From: Methylotenera sp.
GTDB taxonomy: Bacteria > Pseudomonadota > Gammaproteobacteria > Burkholderiales > Methylophilaceae
Assembly: GCA_025359405.1 (NCBI GenBank)
Contig: JANYGD010000117.1
Span: forward strand, 1 to 53,084
Direction of reading: 5' to 3'
Length of the DNA: 53,084 bases
Below, one piece after another: positions 8,713 to 18,278 of the stretch; position 1 is the stretch's first letter, and the number at the start of each line of letters is the position of its first letter. Below the pieces are notes generated by a model. That model saw only the letters and a list, made by a program, of their open reading frames with translations, searched no databases and was not told the DNA's origin. The translations under genes were made by a program, and so were the position numbers.

Positions 8713-9492
8713 ATGAAATTTATTGGCAAAGAACTTTTAACTAAAAAAACGCTGACTACAAAACAGGTAGTTATTAGAATTGCATCAATTGAGATGACGC
8801 TAGAGCTTCTCATTATGCTGGTATTCAGAGTGGTTCCGCATGAAGCAGGCACAATACAAGAAGCACTTTTAGACCCTTTAATATTGATATGTTTTTCAAC
8901 GCCACTAATTTATTTCTTTATAATTAAGCCATTTGTTGAGGCGCGCGATGAAGCGATTGTGCACATTAACCACTTGGCACACAGCGACCCACTAACAAAA
9001 CTGGCCAATCGCCGACTTGTTTTAGATTACCTAGAAATGCTGGTGGCGAGCAATGTGCGGCATAAAGATCACGGTGCGGTATTGTTAGTCGATTTAGATG
9101 GTTTTAAGCCAGTGAACGATAATTACGGACATGATGCAGGCGATGCGCTACTGATTAAAATTGGTGAACGTTTAAGAAATTGTGTGCGGGCAGAGGATGT
9201 GGTTGGTAGATTGGGTGGTGACGAGTTTATAATTTTGTTGCGTCGCCTAGGGTCCGATGAAAAAATTGCACGCTACGTTGCCCAATTTGTAGCCTATAAA
9301 TTAATTAAAAAAGTGATGGAACCGGAAGTGTACAACGGTAATGTTTTGCGAGTGGGCGCCAGCGTTGGCATACGCCTGTTTGGCGCTGAAACAGACGTAC
9401 ATAAAATTGTCAGTGATGGCGATGCGGCGATGTATCGTGCAAAAGCAAATGGTAAAGGTTGCGCTGTATTTTTTGATGATGAAAAAGTTTAA
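8713..9492 (+). CDS. Membrane-anchored diguanylate cyclase
   Basis: Two N-terminal TM segments, DPLTKLANR, DLDGFKPVND, RAED I-site five residues before GGDEF. Confidence 0.9.
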   Translation: MKFIGKELLTKKTLTTKQVVIRIASIEMTLELLIMLVFRVVPHEAGTIQEALLDPLILICFSTPLIYFFIIKPFVEARDEAIVHINHLAHSDPLTKLANRRLVLDYLEMLVASNVRHKDHGAVLLVDLDGFKPVNDNYGHDAGDALLIKIGERLRNCVRAEDVVGRLGGDEFIILLRRLGSDEKIARYVAQFVAYKLIKKVMEPEVYNGNVLRVGASVGIRLFGAETDVHKIVSDGDAAMYRAKANGKGCAVFFDDEKV

Positions 9493-10385
9493 ATTGACTT
9501 AATTTGCCGCAGGTTTGGCACGTTTGAAATTTTCCAGTTTGTAATCGCCCAGCGCCAACCTTTGTCGAGTGTGGCGTTTTTTATTTCGGTCGGCGGATTT
9601 TGCCCTAAAAAGCTTAGAGCATCAAATAATTGATGCTCTGTAAGGCTTGTGGATATTGGCTTTGCAAGAGTCTGCTTACTGAGTTTTTCACCTGCTAAAT
9701 TGACTGCGACTGGCACATGCGCATAAAGTGGCGTAGCAAAGCCAAGTAACTGCTGCAAGTAAATTTGCCGCGGTGTGGAATCGAGTAAATCTGCGCCGCG
9801 TACAACGTGAGTAACGCCTTGCGTAGCATCATCCACCACCACAGCAAGCTGGTAAGCAAATAATCCATCGGCACGTTTTACAATAAAATCGCCGACATCG
9901 CGTGCAAGATTTTGTGTGATTTCACCTTGAATTCTGTCTACAAAAGTAATGTTTTTGTCCAAAACCGCAACCCTAGCAGCCGCATGGATATTGGTGGGTT
10001 TTGGAGCATGCTTTAAACAAGTTTTTGGATATATTAATCCATCAATTCCTGATGCATTGCTGGAATCTGCGATTTCTTTGCGCGTACAAGTGCATGGATA
10101 AATTAGCTGTTTATTTTGCAAAGTATTTAGTGCGTCTGCATAGTATTCGGCTCGCTGGCTTTGATGAACAACTGCATCGTCCCATTCAAATCCAAATGCA
10201 TCAAGTTGCTGCAAAATAGTATCGGCTGCGCCTTTCACTTCGCGTGGTTCATCAAGGTTTTCCATGCGTAACAGCCATTTGCCGCCTTGCGATTTGGCAT
10301 CGCAATAACTCGCGACAGCGGCGACTAATGAACCAAAATGCAATGGGCCAGTGGGCGAGGGTGCAAATCTTCCTGTGTATTGCAT
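9489..10385 (-). CDS. gluQ: Glutamyl-Q tRNA(Asp) synthetase
   Basis: GRFAPSPTGPLHFGS, CTCTRKE and KLSKQ, with no anticodon-binding domain. Start placed at ATG 10385 (MQYTGRF). Confidence 0.93.
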   Translation of the reverse strand: MQYTGRFAPSPTGPLHFGSLVAAVASYCDAKSQGGKWLLRMENLDEPREVKGAADTILQQLDAFGFEWDDAVVHQSQRAEYYADALNTLQNKQLIYPCTCTRKEIADSSNASGIDGLIYPKTCLKHAPKPTNIHAAARVAVLDKNITFVDRIQGEITQNLARDVGDFIVKRADGLFAYQLAVVVDDATQGVTHVVRGADLLDSTPRQIYLQQLLGFATPLYAHVPVAVNLAGEKLSKQTLAKPISTSLTEHQLFDALSFLGQNPPTEIKNATLDKGWRWAITNWKISNVPNLRQIKSI

Positions 10386-10387
10386 TT

Positions 10388-10702
10388 TTACTGGATTGGT
10401 TGAACGTATGGTGGAATATGCCAAGCCTGCAGTTGCTTGCCGAGTAGTTGCAAATTGCATTGCAAGCGATCTGCGCCGTTGGCGCTTACTTCAAATTCAT
10501 AGAAGCGTTGTAATTGTGCATGACCGCGACTATCACGACCAAAGCGTATCATATTGCAAGCCACGGTTTCATCTAAAAGCTGCAAATTGCAACGGTTTGC
10601 CAACTCACGCCCAAAACCGATAGCGATTTCGCGTTTGGATATGCTATCTAACCAAAACCATGCCGCCAATAGCAGTAATGCCAATAAAAGGGATTCCAAC
10701 AT
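10388..10702 (-). CDS. DUF3301-like small membrane protein
   Basis: N-terminal TM, LQLLDETVA and YEFEVS..G.DR pattern. Ends 2 nt before the gluQ start. Confidence 0.75.
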   Translation of the reverse strand: MLESLLLALLLLAAWFWLDSISKREIAIGFGRELANRCNLQLLDETVACNMIRFGRDSRGHAQLQRFYEFEVSANGADRLQCNLQLLGKQLQAWHIPPYVQPIQ

Positions 10703-10831
10703 AATATGTTTACTTTTTTATTTACAACAGACAAAATATAATTAAACTGACCCTATACTATATGAGACATTTATTATATATTTCAATAGATTATGCAGTA
10801 GAATTAAAAATATAATTTAAGTGATGATTTT

Positions 10832-11506
10832 ATGACGATTGAACAACGCGAACAACAAGCGCTAGAAGTTTATATCAAGTTACTTACTGGCAAGGGGTTT
10901 GGCCCAGATACTTTTGTGCCGCGGGTTAACTTTTTAAATAAATTAATGCCTATGTTGGCGAATAAAGAGCTGAATGGTCGAGAGTATCGTATCGCTATCG
11001 AGAATCTGATGGATTCAGTAGAAGGGGGCGATTGGGCAGAAAGTTTGGTAATAGCGCGCGAGTACTATCCCTTTTGGATCAATGATTTAAAGGCGGTTGC
11101 ACAGCTTAGCAAAAATGCAACTAAAGACACTTTACCTATTGATTGGCAACCTACACATGTTGAATTAAGTAGCTTGTGGCACACGGTGGACGAAGAAAAG
11201 TTTGGTACCACCGACAGTTGGGCACTAAAAGGCTACGCCAAGGCTTTGCGTTTTGAAAATGCTGAACAAACGCTGATTGATACGCGCTTAAAGTTGGCCA
11301 AAATTATGCTGGTGCGTTTAAGAGATGCACCCGAAAAAAGCAATAAAGCCTATAGAACGACGGTAGACGCGACGTTACCACTATTTGAAGTGAAGAAAAA
11401 CCGCCGCTTATTTTTAGTGGTGGTGCGCGAGTTTTTCCATTTTTGGGCAGGCAATCCTGATGCTGATAAATTTGTACTTAACAATCACACTGTGAGCATG
11501 CTTTAA
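10832..11506 (+). CDS. Hypothetical protein with an internal two-fold repeat
   Basis: 224-aa ORF with host-like codon use. The halves end in AREYYPFW and VREFFHFW. Confidence 0.8.
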   Translation: MTIEQREQQALEVYIKLLTGKGFGPDTFVPRVNFLNKLMPMLANKELNGREYRIAIENLMDSVEGGDWAESLVIAREYYPFWINDLKAVAQLSKNATKDTLPIDWQPTHVELSSLWHTVDEEKFGTTDSWALKGYAKALRFENAEQTLIDTRLKLAKIMLVRLRDAPEKSNKAYRTTVDATLPLFEVKKNRRLFLVVVREFFHFWAGNPDADKFVLNNHTVSML

Positions 11507-11517
11507 AAGCCTCATTT

Positions 11518-11564
11518 TGCTTTAAATTGGTGCAATGCACTTCACTTAGCACTTATTTAGTGCA
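11518..11564. promoter_or_regulatory. Tandem NtrC-type enhancer sites
   Basis: TGCTTTAAATTGGTGCA (11518-11534) and AGCACTTATTTAGTGCA (11548-11564) match TGCACC-N5-GGTGCA, 30 bp apart, upstream of a sigma54 promoter. Confidence 0.75.
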
Positions 11565-11615
11565 ATTTTCTTGCCCCGATTTATAAAATCCCTTTAAAAT
11601 CAAAGTTAGTTCAAA

Positions 11616-11631
11616 TGGCTTAAATATTGCT
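11616..11631 (+). promoter_or_regulatory. Sigma54 (-24/-12) promoter of amt
   Basis: TGGC-TTAAATA-TTGCT with exact GG-N10-GC spacing, about 65 nt before the amt ATG. Confidence 0.8.
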
Positions 11632-11694
11632 TAGAAAGCTGTGGCTTTTAAAGCTAAAAAGACATATAAAAATTTATTAGGGGAGTGAATTTCA

Positions 11695-12885
11695 ATGGAA
11701 GCATTAGTCTCTGCCAATGACGTATTATTTGTGTTGCTGGGCGCCGTTATGGTGCTGGCCATGCATGCAGGTTTCGCGTTTTTAGAGCTTGGCACCGTCC
11801 GCAGTAAAAACCAAGTCAATGCGCTAGTTAAAATTATGGTCGATTTTTCCATCTCGACCATGGCCTATTTCTTCATCGGCTACAGCATTGCTTATGGTGT
11901 GAATTTTTTCAGTGGTGCAGAGGTGCTAGCCGCTAAAAATGGTTATGGTTTAGTTAAATTCTTTTTCCTGCTCACCTTCGCTGCGGCCATACCAGCTATT
12001 GTTTCTGGCGGTATTGCAGAGCGTGCAAAATTCAATCCACAAATTGCGGCTACATTTTTATTGGTGGGTTTCGTCTATCCATTTTTTGAAGGCATCGCTT
12101 GGAATAAGCACTATGGCTTTCAAGATTGGTTGCTCGCAAATTTTGGTGCCAATTTTCACGATTTTGCAGGCTCGGTGGTGGTACACGCAATGGGCGGTTG
12201 GATTGCGTTAGTAGCAGTGATTTTACTAGGCGCACGCACTGGGCGCTATGGCAAAGATGGGCGTTTGCACGCGCATCCACCTTCAAATATTCCATTCTTG
12301 GCGCTAGGTGCATGGATACTCACTGTGGGCTGGTTTGGTTTTAATGTGATGTCCGCACAAAGCATTCAGGGTATTTCTGGTTTGGTTGCGGTAAATTCAC
12401 TCATGGCATTGGTCGGTGGAACGTTAGCTGCCTTGGTGATGGGCAAAAATGACCCAGGTTTTGTGCATAACGGCCCCTTAGCTGGTCTAGTCGCCATCTG
12501 TGCGGGCTCCGATGTCATGCACCCACTTGGTGCGCTGGCAACGGGTGCGGTGGCTGGTGTGTTATTTGTATGGGCGTTCACAGTCACACAAAATCGCTTA
12601 AAAATTGATGATGTACTGGGCGTGTGGCCATTGCATGGTCTGTGTGGCGCTTGGGGCGGCATCGCAGCCGGCATTTTCGGGCTAAAATCTTTTGGCGGCT
12701 TGGGTGGCGTGAGTTTTATGTCGCAATTAATCGGCACTGGTTTGGGCATAATCATTGCGCTGGCTGGTGGAGCGCTTGTCTACAGCGGGCTTAAACAGCT
12801 ACTTGGCATCCGCATGAGCCAAGAAGAAGAATTTGAAGGTGCAGACCTTTCCATTCACAAAATTGGGGCAACTGCGGAAGATTAA
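11695..12885 (+). CDS. amt: Ammonium transporter (Amt family)
   Basis: GFAFLELG, SGGIAER, DFAGSVVVH, GWFGFN and DDVLGVWPLHG (twin His). Confidence 0.95.
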   Translation: MEALVSANDVLFVLLGAVMVLAMHAGFAFLELGTVRSKNQVNALVKIMVDFSISTMAYFFIGYSIAYGVNFFSGAEVLAAKNGYGLVKFFFLLTFAAAIPAIVSGGIAERAKFNPQIAATFLLVGFVYPFFEGIAWNKHYGFQDWLLANFGANFHDFAGSVVVHAMGGWIALVAVILLGARTGRYGKDGRLHAHPPSNIPFLALGAWILTVGWFGFNVMSAQSIQGISGLVAVNSLMALVGGTLAALVMGKNDPGFVHNGPLAGLVAICAGSDVMHPLGALATGAVAGVLFVWAFTVTQNRLKIDDVLGVWPLHGLCGAWGGIAAGIFGLKSFGGLGGVSFMSQLIGTGLGIIIALAGGALVYSGLKQLLGIRMSQEEEFEGADLSIHKIGATAED

Positions 12886-12914
12886 GCTTAGATTTTCGCA
12901 ATAGACATAACGCC

Positions 12915-13613
12915 ATGCTAAAATTAGGCATGGTGTTTTTTCATGTAATTATCCCTGCTGCAGGCACTGGCCGCCGCATGGCGAATGTGCTGCCCAAGCA
13001 ATATATGCCGCTGGCTGGCAAACCGATGATTTCGCATACTATTCAGGTATTTTTTAATCATCCGCGCATTGCTAGTATTCATTTGGCACTGAGTCCTGAG
13101 GATGATTTTTGGCGCAGTTTACCCCTAGAACCCACAAGCAAACTTAAATTACACTACTCTGGTGGTGAAAGTCGGGCCGAGACCGTGCTTAATACCTTGC
13201 AGGCTATTGATGTTGCAGAAGACGACTGGATTTTGGTGCACGATGCGGCGCGACCTGGCTTAACCCATGCGCTGCTTGATGACTTGCTACGCGAACTTGA
13301 GCATGACCCAGTAGGAGGCCTGCTGGCATTGCCGCTGGCGGATACTTTGAAGCAATCGGATCAATTTAATCACGTCGGCAAAACCATTCCGCGCGACCAT
13401 TTATGGCAAGCGCAAACGCCGCAAATGTTTCGCTTTGGCTTATTAAAACAGGCGTTAAGTAGTTATAATGGGGCACCAACTGACGAGGCCGAAGCCATTG
13501 AAGCGCTTGGTTTGCAACCTAGATTGGTGCAAGGCGAATTGCGCAATTTAAAAATTACTTACCCGCAAGATTTGGCGATGTTAGAAGCGCTCATTGGTCA
13601 GGAAAAATCATGA
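12915..13613 (+). CDS. ispD: 2-C-methyl-D-erythritol 4-phosphate cytidylyltransferase
   Basis: [28 protein letters not shown] and NLKITYPQD. Confidence 0.96.
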   Translation: MLKLGMVFFHVIIPAAGTGRRMANVLPKQYMPLAGKPMISHTIQVFFNHPRIASIHLALSPEDDFWRSLPLEPTSKLKLHYSGGESRAETVLNTLQAIDVAEDDWILVHDAARPGLTHALLDDLLRELEHDPVGGLLALPLADTLKQSDQFNHVGKTIPRDHLWQAQTPQMFRFGLLKQALSSYNGAPTDEAEAIEALGLQPRLVQGELRNLKITYPQDLAMLEALIGQEKS

Positions 13614-14086
13614 TAAGAATTGGTCACGGTTATGATGTGCACGCCTTGGTAACAGGTCGCAAATGTATCATCGGCGGTGTTGAGATTGCGCATGAAAAAG
13701 GCCTAGATGGTCATTCCGATGCCGATGTTTTACTGCACGCGATTTGCGACGCCTTGTTGGGCGCGGCCGCGCTGGGGGACATCGGCAAACACTTTCCACC
13801 ATCGGACGATACTTACAAAAACGCAAATTCGCGTGATTTATTGCGCCGTGTAGTGACTTTATTAAAAACCAAAAATTACATCGTGAATAATATTGACGCG
13901 ACAGTGATTTGCGAAGCGCCAAAACTTTCGCCGCACACTGCGCAAATGTGCGCCAATATTGCCGTCGATAGCAATGTAGATGTCTCACAAGTTAATGTTA
14001 AAGCTACGACCACCGAGAAGCTCGGTTTTACCGGCCGTGGCGAGGGTATCGCGGCTGAAGCCGTTTGCACGCTCATCCAAAGCTAA
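13610..14086 (+). CDS. ispF: 2-C-methyl-D-erythritol 2,4-cyclodiphosphate synthase
   Basis: [16 protein letters not shown] and [16 protein letters not shown]. Overlaps the ispD stop (ATGA). Confidence 0.97.
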   Translation: MIRIGHGYDVHALVTGRKCIIGGVEIAHEKGLDGHSDADVLLHAICDALLGAAALGDIGKHFPPSDDTYKNANSRDLLRRVVTLLKTKNYIVNNIDATVICEAPKLSPHTAQMCANIAVDSNVDVSQVNVKATTTEKLGFTGRGEGIAAEAVCTLIQS

Positions 14087-14087
14087 T

Positions 14088-15911
14088 ATGTTTAAGTGGT
14101 TTGAACAACTCGCTAAGCCTTTCCCAAAAGCCTTAATCACTACGCCACCCAAAAACTTTTGGGCATTTGCATGGGGTTGCACGCAAGGGCTTCGCCCGTA
14201 TTTGCTGAGCATGACCCTACTTACCGCCATTATCGGCGCGTTCGAGGCTTTGTTATTCGCTATGATGGGCAAAGTAGTGGATTGGCTCGCCAATATCCCG
14301 CCCGCCGAATTGTGGGCGCGCGAAGGCACGCATCTCACATGGCTAGCCATCACTCTTATCGCAAGCACCGTGTTCATTGGCTTGCAGACTTTATTGAAAC
14401 ATCAAACGCTGGCGGGTGTTTTCCCTATGCGCATGCGCTGGAATTTTCATCGCCTCATGCTCAACCAAAGCATGAGTTTTTATCAGGATGAATTTGCTGG
14501 CCGTGTTGCCGCAAAAGTGATGCAAACCGCGCTGGCGGTGCGTGATGTATGGTTTATCGTGGCGGATATTTTGGTGTTTGTAATTATTTATTTTGCTACC
14601 ATGGTTGCGGTGGTGGGTAGCTTTAACTTATTGATTATTTGGCCATTTTTAGCCTGGTTGGTGTTATACGCAAGTGCTCTATTTTATTTTGTGCCCAAAC
14701 TAAGCAACGTTGGGCGACAGCAGGCAGATGCGCGCAGCCTCATGACGGGGCGCATTACCGATGCCTACACCAACATCAGCACGGTCAAGTTGTTCTCGCA
14801 CGCGGGGCGCGAGGCGGGTTATGCGCGCACCGCCATGCACGAATTTTTAGGCACGGTAAATCAGCAAATGCGCTTGGTCAGTATGGTGGAAACTATCAAT
14901 CATGTGCTCAATATGCTGCTGTTAATTGGCACGGGCGGTTTGGCGCTGTGGCTATGGAGTCGCGGTCAAGTTGGCGTGGGCGGGGTGGCAGCGGTGACGG
15001 CCATGTCCTTACGTTTAAATGGTATTTCGCACTGGGTGATGTTCGAGATGACAACGCTCTACGAGCAAGTAGGCACGGTGCAAGATGGTATAAATACGCT
15101 CACCACGCATAACAAAATCATCGATGCCATAGACGCAAAACCTTTGCAAGTTAGCCAAGGTGAAATTAGGTTTGAAACAGTTAATTTTAACTATGGCAAC
15201 CAGAAAAAACTGCTAAAAACGCTTAATTTACACATCAAAGCGGGTGAAAAAGTCGGGCTGGTAGGGCGCTCGGGCGCGGGTAAATCCACCATCGTGAATT
15301 TGTTGCTACGTTTTTTTGAGGTGGAATCCGGGCAAATTTTGATTGATGGTCAAAACATCAATGCTGTCACGCAAAACAGCCTGCGAGAACGCATAGGCAT
15401 GGTCACGCAAGACACGTCACTTTTACATAGAAGTGTGCGCGACAATATTTTATATGGTCGTCCAGATGCGACTGAGGCGGAAATGATCGCCGCGGCTAAA
15501 CGGGCTGAGGCGCATGAATTTATACTCAACCTGCAAGACGCCAAAGGAAGATTTGGTTACGATGCGCATGTGGGCGAGCGCGGTGTAAAGCTCTCTGGTG
15601 GACAGCGCCAGCGCATCGCTATTGCGCGTGTAATGTTAAAAGACGCACCGATTTTGTTGTTGGATGAAGCCACCAGCGCGCTGGATTCTGAAGTTGAAGC
15701 AGTCATTCAAAGCAGCTTATACGATTTAATGGAAGGTAAAACCGTGATTGCCATTGCACATAGACTTTCCACCATTGCTGCGATGGATAGGCTGATTGTG
15801 CTGGATGATGGTCGGATAATTGAAGAAGGTAGCCACAAAAAATTGCTCGCTAAAAAGGGCTTGTATGCTAGTCTTTGGGCGCATCAAAGTGGTGGTTTTC
15901 TTGGAGAATAA
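14088..15911 (+). CDS. ABC exporter, fused permease/ATPase
   Basis: TMD followed by GRSGAGKS Walker A, LSGGQRQR and LLLDEATSALD. Start placed at ATG 14088, just after the ispF stop. Confidence 0.92.
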   Translation: MFKWFEQLAKPFPKALITTPPKNFWAFAWGCTQGLRPYLLSMTLLTAIIGAFEALLFAMMGKVVDWLANIPPAELWAREGTHLTWLAITLIASTVFIGLQTLLKHQTLAGVFPMRMRWNFHRLMLNQSMSFYQDEFAGRVAAKVMQTALAVRDVWFIVADILVFVIIYFATMVAVVGSFNLLIIWPFLAWLVLYASALFYFVPKLSNVGRQQADARSLMTGRITDAYTNISTVKLFSHAGREAGYARTAMHEFLGTVNQQMRLVSMVETINHVLNMLLLIGTGGLALWLWSRGQVGVGGVAAVTAMSLRLNGISHWVMFEMTTLYEQVGTVQDGINTLTTHNKIIDAIDAKPLQVSQGEIRFETVNFNYGNQKKLLKTLNLHIKAGEKVGLVGRSGAGKSTIVNLLLRFFEVESGQILIDGQNINAVTQNSLRERIGMVTQDTSLLHRSVRDNILYGRPDATEAEMIAAAKRAEAHEFILNLQDAKGRFGYDAHVGERGVKLSGGQRQRIAIARVMLKDAPILLLDEATSALDSEVEAVIQSSLYDLMEGKTVIAIAHRLSTIAAMDRLIVLDDGRIIEEGSHKKLLAKKGLYASLWAHQSGGFLGE

Positions 15912-16503
15912 GCAACTGTTCACGCAATTGTTTGTTCTCCTCTAGCAAGGGTTGCAACACATTGTCTACCTCAGCTTCAGAATATCTTGGTGTTATGTGC
16001 TGCGAACAATTCCACTCAATCGCCTCGATTTGAATCACAATGCCGCGCTCAACCCGCGCGCGATAACCAGCGACTTCTAGGTGCGTAATTAATTCTGGTT
16101 TATCCTCTTCATGAATAATGCGCGTTGTTCCCCATAGCTTTAGTCGACGACGGTTAGGGTAATCCATCAGTATAAGTGAGGTGCGCGTATTGGCATTCAA
16201 GTTGCCAACGCTGAGGTATTGCCGATTGCCTTTGAAATCAGCAAAGCCTATAGTGCGACTATCTAGCACCTTTATAAAACCTGCTGGACCGCCACGATGT
16301 TGAACATAAGGCCAGCCGTTTTCTGAAGTCGTCGCCATATAAAAACTATCACGCGCTTTTATAAATTCGGCTTCAAATTCACCTAGTTGATTGCGTGGAT
16401 CATCCGAAATTTCGAACCGGAGATTGTTTTCGCGGCTACCGTAGCGAGTTTGTGCAGCTTTTACACTTTCGGTAAAACTAATGGTGGCAAATGCATTTGG
16501 CAT
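15868..16503 (-). CDS. Pyridoxamine 5'-phosphate oxidase-like FMN-binding protein
   Basis: GWPYVQHRGGPAGF, ADFKGNRQY and WNCSQHITPRY. GGAG RBS. Confidence 0.88.
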   Translation of the reverse strand: MPNAFATISFTESVKAAQTRYGSRENNLRFEISDDPRNQLGEFEAEFIKARDSFYMATTSENGWPYVQHRGGPAGFIKVLDSRTIGFADFKGNRQYLSVGNLNANTRTSLILMDYPNRRRLKLWGTTRIIHEEDKPELITHLEVAGYRARVERGIVIQIEAIEWNCSQHITPRYSEAEVDNVLQPLLEENKQLREQLLILQENHHFDAPKD

Positions 16504-16562
16504 GTTGTCTCTCCTGATATCAGGCTGGCTGCTATTGCCGCCAGTCTTTTAAATTAGTTCAA

Positions 16563-16937
16563 TTAAAAAGTCAAAACAGTCGTACCAAATTTTAGTAATT
16601 TCCCAAAACTCGCCAAGCCAGTCGTACCGGGAACGGAGTTTTCACTTATTGCTGACATGCCACAAGCTTTTGCACTCTCTGCAGCACCAAACACATCGGC
16701 ACAACCACAAGATACTCCCTCAATGTTACCTTTTACTAGGTTGTATAAGCCATTTAATGGGTGATCCGTTTCAGTGATTATGGCAGGCCAGCGTGTGCCT
16801 GTACCTTGAAACGTGATAGATACGTCCCCTCCAGATTGTTTAATGTCATAAGCGGCAGCCAATCCATTAAATGCACGGCCTAAAGCTTCTTCACCATTTT
16901 TTGGATCAGAAAAAATAAAAATTGCTGTTTTGTTCAT
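16563..16937 (-). CDS. DsrE-like protein
   Basis: GRAFNGL..A, FQGTGTRW and SCGCADVFG pattern. 124 aa. Confidence 0.65.
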   Translation of the reverse strand: MNKTAIFIFSDPKNGEEALGRAFNGLAAAYDIKQSGGDVSITFQGTGTRWPAIITETDHPLNGLYNLVKGNIEGVSCGCADVFGAAESAKACGMSAISENSVPGTTGLASFGKLLKFGTTVLTF

Positions 16938-16967
16938 TGTAAGCCCCTAAAATTATAAAATGAATTG

Positions 16968-17019
16968 TACCGAATGTTCGGTATATTGACAATATAACGA
17001 ACGTTCGGTATTGTGTCAA
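16968..17019. promoter_or_regulatory. Double TetR operator overlapping divergent sigma70 promoters
   Basis: Palindromes TACCGAATGTTCGGTA (16968-16983) and TAACGAACGTTCGGTA (16995-17010). Plus strand TTGACA-N17-TATTGT (16986-17014); minus strand TTGACA-N17-TATATT (17019-16991). Confidence 0.85.
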
Positions 17020-17042
17020 CTATATTTTTAAATTGGGTAAAT

Positions 17043-17615
17043 ATGGCACAGCAAGCAAGCGATAACACCATGTTAATAGATGCACTGTTTGATATATTCC
17101 GTAACCATGGTTACGAAGGCACAACGATTTCATTGCTATCAGAAGTGACAGGATTGCAGAAATCCAGCCTGTATCATCACTTTCCGGCAGGTAAAGAAGA
17201 TATGCTTAAGGCAGTTGTGGGTTATGTCAGCTTGCAGATTCATCAGAATATTATCGCGCCACTATTGAATACGCAGTCAAAACCCGAAAAACGATTCAGC
17301 AATATGATTGCGACGATTAAGGCGTTTTACAACGATGGCAGAAAAAACTGCTTGTTAAATGTACTAAACCTAGGCGAGGCAAAGGCAGAAATAAAAAAGT
17401 TGCAGAATGACGACTATTGCGCTTGGCTAGATGCACTCACGCAATTAAGCATAGAGGTCGGCATTAGTCAGCAAGAGGCAACAGAATGGGCTGAGCGCTT
17501 TCTAATTGTAATCGAAGGTGCGCTTGTTATTCAACGCCTGACTAGCAATAAGCAAGTTTTTGAAAAGCAAATGGAATATGAGCAAAAGCAGTTTCATAAA
17601 TTTTTAAATCAATAA
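17043..17615 (+). CDS. TetR/AcrR-family regulator
   Basis: HGYEGTTISLLSEVTGLQKSSLYHHFPAGKE HTH. Start moved to ATG 17043 because 17013 lies inside the promoter. Confidence 0.92.
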   Translation: MAQQASDNTMLIDALFDIFRNHGYEGTTISLLSEVTGLQKSSLYHHFPAGKEDMLKAVVGYVSLQIHQNIIAPLLNTQSKPEKRFSNMIATIKAFYNDGRKNCLLNVLNLGEAKAEIKKLQNDDYCAWLDALTQLSIEVGISQQEATEWAERFLIVIEGALVIQRLTSNKQVFEKQMEYEQKQFHKFLNQ

Positions 17616-17627
17616 AAAAAGGAAAAA

Positions 17628-18110
17628 ATGATGACTACCAATACAGAGGTTCGCCCGCCAGTGCCGCCCTTTACCCGTGAAACCGCAATACAAAAAGTGC
17701 GTATGGCAGAAGATGGTTGGAACAGCCGCGACCCGCAACGCATTTCAATGGTTTACACACATGATTCGCAATGGCGTAACCGTGCTGAATTTCCACGTGG
17801 CAGACTACAAATAGTCGAATTTTTAACGCGAAAATGGGCGAGAGAGCTGGATTACAGGTTGATTAAAGAACTATGGGCGTTTACCGATAATCGCATCGCG
17901 GTGCGCTTTGCCTACGAATGGCACGATGATTCTGGCCAATGGTTTCGTTCGTACGGCAACGAGAACTGGCAGTTTGATGCGAATGGCTTAATGGAACTGC
18001 GTTACGCCAGCATCAACGATTTGCCAATCAAAGAAACTGAACGTAAATTCTTTTGGCCACTAGGCCGCAGGCCAGACGAATACGCAAGTTTGAGCGAGTT
18101 AGGATTGTAA
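17628..18110 (+). CDS. DUF1348 / NTF2-like protein
   Basis: [35 protein letters not shown] and [10 protein letters not shown]. Confidence 0.9.
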   Translation: MMTTNTEVRPPVPPFTRETAIQKVRMAEDGWNSRDPQRISMVYTHDSQWRNRAEFPRGRLQIVEFLTRKWARELDYRLIKELWAFTDNRIAVRFAYEWHDDSGQWFRSYGNENWQFDANGLMELRYASINDLPIKETERKFFWPLGRRPDEYASLSELGL

Positions 18111-18278
18111 TTAAATTGATAAATTTATGTTGTAGTTTTAGTGAAACAATCACTAAAAGTGCAGATACGATGCATAGCATAAAAATTGCTCACACTAGAT
18201 TTTTTCTTGTATTATCAAGCTTACTTTCGTGGGGTTTAATTGAAGCTACAAAACTCTGCCTAATGATTTACATTTCAT

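Noticed and set aside
10386-10460. N-terminal extension of gluQ
   Set aside because: Overlaps the DUF3301-like gene. The family motif begins right after Met 10385.
13980-14087. N-terminal extension of the ABC exporter in the ORF track
   Set aside because: Overlaps ispF by over 100 nt. ATG 14088, right after the ispF stop, is the plausible start.
18136-18158. TTTTAGTGA-N5-TCACTAAAA as a CRP/FNR site or terminator
   Set aside because: The inverted repeat is real, but the spacing is N5 rather than N6 and the stem is AT-rich. It cannot be assigned.
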